From Cenococcum geophilum (taxonomy: Eukaryota), in contig CP158635.1 of the NCBI GenBank assembly GCA_050273025.1, positions 24,552,001 through 24,616,000 on the forward strand: a stretch of DNA of 64,000 bases, in the 5' to 3' direction. Positions 53,858 through 64,000 of the stretch are shown here, piece after piece. The translations under genes and the position numbers were made by a program. Under the pieces are notes generated by a model. That model worked only from the letters and a program-made list of their open reading frames with translations. It was not told the origin of the DNA and did not search any database. The number at the start of each line of letters is the position of its first letter. Positions within the stretch are counted from its first letter, which is position 1.

Positions 53858-56800
53858 TGTAACGGAACCTTGTAGCAGGAACTACAATAGGCTCGTTATT
53901 GGGCTAGGTGTGTAGGAAATGCAAGATAGTAGTTAATAACGTAAATAATAACTAGTGGAGTGGTTGCCTAATAGATTAACTCTAATTATATTCTAAGAAT
54001 TACTATAAGGAAGGAACTATCTAGGTAGGGACTAAGGGTCCTTAAATACACAACTGTACTCCTATAAAATCCTTCTTATACGTAATATACGTCTTATATA
54101 TAAGGTATATAAGTTCCTCCCGTTCCTCTTATTTAATATATAGCACGTTATATAACCTTAGTTATTATTCCTTATTACATAGCTCTACCAGTTCTATCCT
54201 AGACCGTGCCTAAATTAACTAACTAGCTTCTTCTAACTCCTCTCTAAGTAGTCGTAACATTATACTTAAAGTGTCCATAATACCATCTCCCTCCTTTTTA
54301 TCTTCGTCCTTAAAGATTTAAAATATCTCTAAGTTGTTTATTAAAGGTATAATATCCGTCTAATTAATTTAGTTAATATTATTACTTATTATACTTAAAG
54401 CTTCTTCTTCCTTATACGCCCAACGTCGTGCTCGCACTATTACTGCGATATTATCTCTTAGTAAGATTATACCGTCTCCGTATTCTTGTTGTTTAAAAGA
54501 GGGGTTAGTCTATATTGCGTTAGCGAGTCCATCTTCTTAATAACCGTCCTTTTGCTCAGAGTGTACTAAAGCAAATATTTATTTGTCCTATAACGTTCGC
54601 TCTACCTCTAATACTAAATATACGTAACCTATTACTCTTAATAGTTATCTAGTTCCCTAATTAATTTATCTTAGGGTCTCGTGTTTAATCTGCTACTACG
54701 CGGCTAGATAGTAAACTATCTTAAGCCCTTACTAAGTTAAAACGTTCTTAGGATGCGGAACAGAAAGCCCTAGATACTTAAATTGCGGCGTCTACTTATT
54801 TACTCCATCTTAAAAAGGTTTATAAGAAGGTTTATTCTAAAGAGTAGAAACTTATAAAATAAGGTTTACAGGAACTTAGTAATAAAAGAATAGATTCTCT
54901 TCTAATAGAGAAGGAAATAGATCTAAGTAGTTCGGTAACTGCTCTTCTTAGGTCCCCCTTAGGTGGCTTATTCTTTAGCAACTCCTTTTTATTAATACTA
55001 CCTAACCTAATCTCTTTCGATACTCTTATACCTTTTCTATAGCGTTTTTCAAATTCTTTAATAGTTCCTAGGTAGTCTTATTATAGCCTATCCACTTAAC
55101 CTTATACTATATTTTATCGTTAATGTCCTTATAACTAACAATCTTTAAAACTTACTATTTATCTTCTTCCTACCCTCTGTACGTGTCTGCCTTGTAAACT
55201 AATGGCTTAACATTTCTATATACTGGCTCTAGCATTACAATATGCTATATAGGGTAGATCTTTATCTTAGCTAGTAGGTTTAACTTAAATGTAACTAGTA
55301 AAATTCTTTATATAATTTTAAAAGGTCCTAGTCTAACGTAGTCTAACTTCTTACTTAGTTGTTAACTCTTAAAATTTTTATATAGTAGCCATACTTTATC
55401 TCCCTCATTAAGATCTGGTCCCTTAGATCTCTTAGTATTATAGTACTTTTTTATTCTCTCTTATACTCTCTTTACTAATTCTATAAGGTCTACATAAAGA
55501 TTTATTAACGTCTTTATCCTTTCTTTAGCTGTACTACTCGTCTTTTTCGCTTATTATGGTAACAACGATATTCTTAGCTTATATCCATAATTTGCCTTAA
55601 ATAGTAATATGCCTATCCCTTCTTAAGGTGTTATATTATATATAAACTATATAACTAGTAATAGCGATACCTAATTATTCTATGCATAATTAATATAATA
55701 CCTTAGATACTGTTCCAGTGTCTAATTTAATCTTTTTATTTAACCGTCTATCTGCGGATAATATACGGTGGAAGTTACTACTCGTACTTCTTATTCCACT
55801 AAAAATACCTCCCAGAATACTACTACGAATCTTAAATCCCTATCCGATATAATCTTGCTTAGTGCTCTATATCTTACAAATACTTCTTTAACATAGATTC
55901 TAGCAACATCTTCTACTAAGATTTCTTCTATATATGCTATAAAGTATCCCTACTTTATAAGCTTATCTACTATTACTAAGATTATATTATAATCTTGTCC
56001 GGTAATAGGATCTCTTAACTTTAGTAACTTAACGATAAAGTCCTATAATATAACCTCCTATAGTCTTTCTAGTATTTTAATAGGTTATAGCCCTCCGTAT
56101 AGCTTATGCCTTATTAGTTTATTTCTTTAGTAATTTAGATATTCCTTTATAACTTTTCTTATAATATTCTAGATTCTATCGATAATATACTCCTCCTAGA
56201 GTCTTAACACTAAGCCCGTAGCTCTATTATATCCTTAAGTTATTCCCTTATAGAAATCTTCCATAAAATGTTCTGCTATACTTCTTAAGATATACTTTGC
56301 TTCTTAATTTTTATATATATCCGTCTATAGATCTTTTAGCTATACTTTTAGAATCCTTTATGCCTAAAAGCTCTCTAGTATCTTATAGACTTTCTCTAGT
56401 TTATTATCTTCCTAAGTTGCTATAATTTTTAGATAATTATATCTAATTAGTCTATTTATATCTTTTCGCAGTAAAGCCCCTAATGGCTTTTTATCATTTT
56501 ATAGTTCAGCTTTTTAACTTAGAGCGTCTGCTTATATATTATCTATGCCTTTAGTATACTAAATCTTAAAATAATATTCTGTAAGCATCTCTGCCTATCT
56601 AACCTATCTTTAGTTAAGCTCCTTTATTGTTAGGAATCCCGTTAGGTTCTTATAATCCATTTTAACTATAAATAGTTTCTCTATACCTTATAAGAATGCT
56701 CTCTATTTCTTTAGTACTATAACTATACCTAATAACTCCTTGTTATAGATGTTATAGTTTAATTCTAGTAGTGTTATCTTCCAACTATAGTATACTACTA

Positions 56801-59800
56801 GGTGCTATCTATCTGGATGCTTTTATATAAAGTATGCCCCTAGTATAAAGTCTAATACATCTATTTCTACAACCGTTTCTAGTCCTAGTTAATAGATCTT
56901 AAAAACTAGCTCCTAGGTAAACAACCTTTTAACTTCCTTAAATAGCTCTTATTACTCCTTTCCCCATACCTATAGTTCTTCTTTCTTCGTTAATCGCGTA
57001 AACGGCTTAATATCCTTTAACCATTACGCTATAAACCTCCTATAGTAATTGCAAAACCCTAAGAACAATCTTAACTGTGTAACGTTCTCTAGTTCCTACC
57101 AATTCACTATAGCCTCGATCTTTCTTAGATCTATACTAAGTTAGCCTAATTTAATAATAAATCTAATAAAATTCATCTTCCTTATAAAGAACTCGCATTT
57201 CTTAATTACTACTAGTATCTGTTCTTCTTATAGTCTCTTTAAGACCTATTTAACGTATTCTCCATATTCTTCCTTAGTTATTAAGTAGATAATAATATCG
57301 TTAAGATATACTATAACAAATTCATTTAAGTATTCTCTTAATACGTTATTAATACGCTTCTAGAATATTGCTAGTGCGTTTATAAGCCCGAATTGTATAA
57401 CTAATGGTTTATATAGTCCTTCCTTTAACCTAAAGGCTGCTTTCTATTTATTGCCTTCCTTAATCCTAATCTAGTAGTACGCCCATCTTAGATCTATCTT
57501 TATAAAGATTTGCGCGTTACCTATCCTATCTTAGATTTCGCTAATTAAGGGTAAAGGATACCTATCCTTCCTAGTAATGCTGTTTAACTATCTATAGTTA
57601 ATATACAGCCTTAGTTTGCCATTCTTCTTCAGTATAAACAGTACTGGATAACTCGCTAATGACTGTAATAGTCTAATATATCCCTTTCATAAGTTTTTCT
57701 AGATAAACTCTTTTAATACTCTACCTTCTTCTTCGGTAAGCTTATAGATTAAAAAAAAACTTTAGACTTATTCCCAGTTTTAACTCTATCTTATAGTCCC
57801 ATACTATATACTTTAATAGCTTTTTACTTTCTGGTGACTATAGTTTCTTATTATACTTATAGTATCTTTTTAGTACATAACTTAAGCCTTATTTAGTCTC
57901 TTTATATATTACTCCAACTTAATACCATACTAACTTGGCTTATTATTGCATTTTGCGGCGTTAAGTATCTCTAATATTAACCTAACCTATAATCTAATCA
58001 ATCTTTAGATTATATTCCTGTAACTAAGGCATCCCTAATACTGCCTTATCCTGCCCTAATAGTAGGATATTAAAAGACATCTTAATTTATCTTCCTTTAA
58101 TGGTTATCTAAATAGGTCCTATTTTAAAATTAATAATCCCTCCTCCATAAGCTATTGGATCTCCTAAAATTATAACTAATAGGTAAGGTTACTCCTTCTG
58201 CCTATAAGGTAAACCTATTCTCTTAACTGCTGCTAGTAAGATATAGTTTCGCGTTACTCCACTATCTATTAGCGCTTTAAACTGCTAATCTTACCATTTA
58301 ACTCGTAAATTTAGGTGTTGTCCTTAAATTCCTTTAAGGGTCTAAGGCTTTACTACTGGCTCCCTTTGGTCCTATAGGCCTCTACTTTTCCCAACTATTA
58401 GCTACTTAATCCTTATATACTTGGCTCACTCTTTAGCCAATACCTAGTTCGCTTTTTATCTTTAATATACTATAAACACGTATTCTTTAGGCATTCCCAC
58501 TACTATTGTCCGTCTAAGCATTCTTCTATAAGAAATCTTCCTGGTTAAAGTATTAAATTTCTTTCCTCTTAGACTTCTGCTAGATGCTAGCTATATATAT
58601 ACTTGGCATTCCTATACTGTTGTTTATCTATTATCTAGTATATCCTTATAAGGTATTTCCAATTCTTTTCCTTCGGATTCTTATATATCTCGTATATATC
58701 GTCTATATATGCAATCTATAATAGCGTATAATACGCTAGGTGCTTTAGGTTAACTCTTAACTTATCTAACTATATATAGAAATCTTCCTACTCGTTATTG
58801 TGTCGTTGCCTATACCACCTTTAGTATAGCTATTAGAGTGTATACGGCTTATCCGTAAGAAAGTATCTTCTTATTACTGCGTTGTGACAGCCTTTTATAT
58901 GTCGTTCTTTAAACCTAGTAGGAATTCCTAGATCCTCTTTATTTTCCAATTTAGTAAGCCACTTAGCTCTTAGTATGCCTGTCCTAGGCCTATTAGTAAT
59001 TCTTTATACTAGTGCTCTATCCCTTATACGTCCTAATATGCTAGATCTCTTATCTAGTTTCTATTCTTACTATACGATAATTCTTTGCCTAAACTCTTCT
59101 ATGGTTTCCTTTAGTTTGCGTCTTATAGACTAATCCTTAAAGTCTTCTTGCTTCTTAATCTTGGTATTAACTTTCCAATCTTTAGGCCGAACACTATATT
59201 CTCCTAGTAAGTCTTCTAGGTCTATATATCTATCTCCTAGTCTAGTCGCTGTTTACGCTACAGATTCTCTAATCTATAAAGAAGCCCCTTACCTCTTACT
59301 TATAGGTGTCCTAATTCGTGCCCCAAATTCTTAACCCTTTGGATATTTTAATCCTGAGCTTACTTCTATCTTAAGCTTTACTCCAGCCTTAGTCTAACTA
59401 GGCTTACTTAGTGTTCTTATCTCATCTTAAAAGTCTTAAATCTCACTCATCTCATCTTAAGAATCTTGTGTCTTTAGGAAACTTTATCCTAAGCTTATTT
59501 GTATATTATTAAACTAAGCTATTACTCTGCTCTATCGGTTATCGTCCGTTATAGGTCCTTAAGCTTACCTTATCTCGTCTTAAGAATCTTAGTCGTCTTA
59601 CATCTCGTTATAAGAATCTTAAGTTTATAGCCTTTTGCCTTTATCAAGTGCTAAAGTAGCTTACTGTCCTACTTCTCTTGCGTCTTATAAAGCGATAGAC
59701 ATTATATCTAGTGGGGTCTCGATCCCTACTAATGTTCCCTATTCCGTAGTGGAATTATCCTCTACCTCTAGTATAATATTTCCGATAGCTGCATATTTCT

Positions 59801-61620
59801 AGTAAACCGCCTTTATTACCTTATTATTACGGAATATTTCGCCTATATTAAATTTATCGTCCTTAATATCCGATCTATAAACTAGTTCGTTGGTTCCTCT
59901 ATATTTTATAGGTACTAGCTCCTATAGCTAATAGCTTGCGCCGTACTTAGCGTCCTTATGAATTTGGTATGCGTTATTGTAATAAAACGCAAAACTTTTA
60001 ATTAAATATTCTTTTGTTCCTTACAGTATATTGTCATCCCTCTATATATATATATCGTCTACTAGTCTCGTTCCTTTTACTATATAGTAACTCTACCTAC
60101 TTCTATAGTCTTTAACGTAATAACCTTATTTTCCGCAATTTATATAAGCTCCTTTTTTAACCCATTTTTCTTACTGTGGAGTCCGCCTAAACGTCTTCTA
60201 CTACTAAGATCCCTGGTTTAGCCTCTGCTCCTTAGACCTCTAATTACTTAATCCTTATCCCTTAGGTTTCTATAGTCGTTTACTCCATCTCTTATAGGCT
60301 TCTTTAGTACCACTTAGGTCCATTAGCTCTACGCCATACTATAGTTTTTAACTTAGCTTTAGTCGTTGCGTACTTTACGCCTTATACAACTATAGAACTC
60401 TATTCTAACCTCTCTTAGCCTATTCCCTTTAGTAGATCTAATTATTAATCTTAATCACTTAATCTATTAGTTCCCTTAAGGTATCCGCATCTTCTATTAG
60501 AATAATTACGTCCTAGACTTTAGCCTTAAGTCCTTATTTATACTGTGCCATAAGCGCCCTATTATTTTACTCTACTTATATCACTAACGTCTAGAACTGC
60601 GTTATATATTTAATTACTAAGGTTTATTACGTAATATCTTAGAGTTTTCTTTTTACCGTAGTTACTGCCTCTAGGTCTCTAAATATTTATATAAGTCGTT
60701 TTATAAATCCATTCTAGCTTAAGAACATAAACCGTACCTCTTAGTTCGTAGTTGTTATTCCATTTGCCTGGATTTCTATAAGGTAAGGCTTAAACTACTT
60801 AAGTGCTCTTCCTGTTAGGAACAATCCTACATACGCTATTTAATCTATAAGTGTTGCCAGCTTTGCTCCCTCTTACGTAACCTTAAAGTATATTTGCGTA
60901 AGGAATCCTTTAAGCTTCGACTTCTCTCCTAAGAATCTTTTAATTAATAATAACTTAACCTTTACTGCGCCTATCCCGTTAATCCTATTTTCTAATATTA
61001 TATTATTTTCTATTAGCTAGTTAACTATCTCTTATAGTTGTCTAACCGTTACAAGTTGCTATAAGTTAGTGTCTGCTATACTAGTGTCATTACCTAACCT
61101 CGAAGTAGTTGCCGCCGTTAATAGCGTTATAGTGGCTGCTTTTAGTGGCATGTTATTTAACTTTCTATATTAATACTATAATTAGGTAGTAATTATGTAA
61201 CGGAACCTTGTAGCAGGAACTACGATAGGCTCGTTATTGGGCTAGGTATATAGGAAATGCAAAACAGTAGTTAATAACGTAAATAATAACTAGTGGAGTG
61301 GTTGCCTAATAGATTAACTCTAATTATATTCTGAGAATCACTATAAGGAAGGAACTATCTAGGTAGGGACTAAGGGTCCTTAAATACACAACCGTACTCC
61401 TATAAAATCCTTCTTGTACGTAATATACGTCTTATATATAAGGTACGTAAGTTCCTCCCGTTCCTCTCGTTTAATACGTAGCATGTTATATAACCTCGGT
61501 TACTGTTCCTCGTTACATAGCTCTACCGGTTCCATCCTAGACCGTACCTAAATTAACTAACTAGCTTCTTCCGACTCCTCTCTAAGTAGTTGTAACATTG
61601 TACTTAAAGTGTCCGTAATA
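53858..61620 (-). mobile_element. Full-length chromodomain gypsy D, copy 2
   Basis: 425-bp LTRs at 53858-54282 and 61196-61620; TSD TAGCT; reverse-complement colinear with D1. Confidence 0.96.
54391..55074 (+). pseudogene. Antisense accessory gene of gypsy D2 (Zn2Cys6-like motif and coiled coil; intron 54620-54674)
   Basis: De-RIP MPKASSSSYAQRRARTIAAILSLGEIMPSPCSRCLKEGLVCIALASPSSRQPSSCSECTKANIxLSCDVRSTSDAE|WSRV...RLDSKLSQALAKLERSQDAEQKALDAQIAAS..LLxLEKVHKKVRSKEQKLxEQGLQEL. Confidence 0.72.
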
Positions 61621-62602
61621 TAGCTATAATAGGCTCCGCGGTTACCGCATCTATAATAAACTCTATAGTTACTACGTCCGCAGTTATTAGTTCATATTAT
61701 TTAATGGGGTAGTATTAGGACTAGATTTGCTATCTTAGCGGGATTATAGGTATCCTTTTAGTGGCCGGGTAGGCTATAGGCAAGGTATAGTCTATTATTA
61801 ATATAGCGCTTATACTCCGTATCTAAGATTTTATTAAGGTTTATAGGTTCTCTAATTACTGCTAGGGTTAGGGTTAATATAGGGGCAGGGGCTTAGGCAG
61901 GTAGGTAGTAGTTAGCGTTCTTCTTAAGGTTAGCTTAGTGTATATAGTTTATAAGGTTTTTAGTAAATACATCTATCTGCTTACTCCAACCTATCTAGTC
62001 GCTATTATTAATTTTATAGGCAAGTCTAAGTATTAGCTCTTCTATCTTTAGAGAAATAAACTTTTAAAGTAGGTCCACCTTCTATTTATCTGTCTTCTTA
62101 GCGCGGACTATTAGCTTATTAAGCTCTCCCTTCTAAAACTAGTAATTACGCTCACCCTAGGGGAAATGGTTAAGCTTATTCTTTATAACCTAGGTTATAT
62201 TAAGGACCTTATAGTAAATAGTAAGGTCTTTAAGTATATCTTCCTTAGTAGGCCATTTCTACGCAGATATATTGTTTAGGTTCTCGTATATAAGCTTTAG
62301 GCCCTACTTAATAAACTTATAGGCCTTATTCTTTAGTATATCTAAGATATAAAGGATTTAGGACTAAACTGTATTAAAGTAGTCCTAGTCCCGGTTAAAG
62401 ACTCCCTTAATCTTAATATGCCAGGTCTTAAAATTAGCTTATTATTCTAGTAAGGTACCTTTTCCGCTAAATATTAGCGGGTCTTTAAATCTCCGTTTTT
62501 TCTACTAGGTTACTACTATTATTATAGGGGTTAATTATTTTAGAACGGTAATAGTCTCTACCTAGAAGTTAATAGTTCCTATTTAGGAAGCAATAAGCGT
62601 AC

Positions 62603-64000
62603 TGTTCGGATCACGGTAGGGGGGGTTTTTAGTCTCAATTGATTTTTCTTTCTCTCCTACTTTTATAGGTGGAATTTGATGGATCTCCTGAGCTTGCTTA
62701 GCTTACGTGGTCAACCCAATTAGTTATAAGTAATTGTGTCTACTATATTATAGAACCTTATTTAGACACTAGTAATAACTAAGAAATAAGAGAGAGAATA
62801 AAAGATACTGGTAAATGAGTCCGTAGTCTCTATCCCTCTCCCTTTATAAACTTAGTCTAAAATGCCTCTGCCCTAGGGTCGCTGTAATAGCTAGGACAGG
62901 GTTCTATATTAAGGTAGAAGTTAGAGGTATCCCCTTAATTATTGTCGTCGTTAGTATTGCTATTGCTGCCCTTAAAATTGGAGATATATTAACGTATTCT
63001 TTAGTCCCTTTCTTCCTTTATATAGTTCGTAGACTAATATCCAGCTTTACTGCATATAAAGCACTTTTTGCCCTTATTGCGGTATTAACGATTAGGGGGA
63101 TAATGTTGTTAGTTAGAGGAGTGGTGTCGTTGGTTAGAGGAGTGGTATCGTTAATTAGTATAGAATGATTTAATCTCTGGTTCTTAGTTACCGTACGTCG
63201 TAATTAAGGATTTAATGTCGCTAATAAGGCTAGCAAAGGTAGTAGCGGGTCGAAAGCAGGCTGGTTTACAAGCTGGTACGTCTTAGCACGCAGTAAGGAG
63301 CTTATTATAGAATGTTGTGTTATTTTAGAGGTCCTTTGCTAACCCACGTTGTAGCTGCTATATCTCGTTAATTAATACCTAAAATGCTTGGCCTGTATTA
63401 AGTCCTTTTTAAGTAGTAACTTATTTAAGCGTAATTGCATTCCACTTTAATAGGATATTGCGTTTATATTCGTCGCCTTTAAAGTATAATTTAAGGCCTA
63501 TGCATATATTCTCGAGAAGGTTAAGATCTTTAAGGTAGGTAAAGTAGTATTTAAGGGCAAGGCCGCGGAGTATAGTTGGAATAGCAATAATATAGGCCTG
63601 CTTAGGGACGCTGGCTTGGAGGCAGTAGTTTTAGAAGATCTTAAACTTAAAATTAAAGTTATCTTATTCGCTAGAGTATTTAACTTTGTCCGTGTAGAGC
63701 TTAGCTAAGTTGGTGATCTCTTTTCCGAAGTTTCCTTGTAGGGCGAGCTGGTCTGTAGCTTGGGTAATTCGTGCTAAAGTTAGGGTTGGATTTGATAGGG
63801 TATTTGATGGTTAAATAGCTTAAACGGGGGCAGTCGGTAGTAATGGTAGGGCTGGGGTAGGGTCGTCAGTAGGGCCGTCAGTAGGGTCGTCGGTAGGGTC
63901 GTCGGTAGGCCATTTTAAGAGAGTTGGTTCGTGAATAGTTCCTAAGAGGCTGTCTGCAATTGACTTCCTTGCCTCCTTCCGTACGTATACTCTATTTTTA
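62603..64000 (-). mobile_element. gag: Copia-derived element with gag directly followed by a putative 3' LTR (62603-62768); continues beyond the window
   Basis: GKEITNLAKLYTD..FxFKFKIF at ~63720 and CFICxKAG knuckle at ~63060, homologous to copia A/B gag. The LTR has TGTT...GACA ends and the same CT(A/G)G flank as the copia A and B 3' LTRs. Confidence 0.72.

Larger units (their letters stand above)
34572..62602 (-). mobile_element. Chromodomain gypsy E, split into 34572-35824, 49780-53852 and 61626-62602; 5' end beyond the window
   Basis: 3' LTR at 34572-34758 with PPT GGGGAGAAGAG. De-RIP chromodomain WEFEKILD..YEIKWK at ~35290, RT YLDDVLIF at ~51590, protease LIDS at ~53390 and gag FKDPxIFSG at ~62485. 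Confidence 0.87.

Noticed and set aside
39552..61620. Large inverted repeat as a giant TIR element or inversion
   Set aside because: These are two independent gypsy D insertions, each with its own TSD (AAGCC, TAGCT).
1..64000. Alternative genetic code with TAA/TAG read as Gln
   Set aside because: The stops also replace Trp and Arg, differ between copies and come with genome-wide C>T/G>A changes, which is RIP.

Overview
Gene-free, AT-rich fungal (probably Pezizomycotina) transposon cluster that has been heavily mutated by RIP (repeat-induced point mutation; C>T/G>A, mainly CpA>TpA). Almost every ORF is broken by TAA/TAG stops, and no host gene is visible. The window resolves into nested elements. 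There are six insertions with both LTRs and 5-bp TSDs visible: copia A 14788-20633, a gag-only element 21105-22813, copia B 24243-30486, gypsy C 35825-49774, gypsy D1 39552-47472 and gypsy D2 53858-61620. There are also several interrupted chromodomain-bearing Ty3/gypsy hosts, a truncated second copia A, a gag-only copia derivative, a GC-rich RIP-light LTR element end (4414-8017) and an intron-rich Mutator-like DDE transposon (1-4413). The most interesting observations are: (1) a spliced antisense accessory gene in gypsy D encoding a Zn(II)2Cys6-like cluster plus a coiled coil; (2) a ~130-bp covarying hairpin/CCAAT module shared by the 3' regions of three different LTR elements, in both orientations; (3) three independent insertions into the same ~55 bp of RNase H; (4) two gag-only non-autonomous elements. 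Family names (A-G, Gy1, Gy2) are my own labels. 'De-RIP' protein readings are manual inferences, and internal ORF boundaries are approximate.
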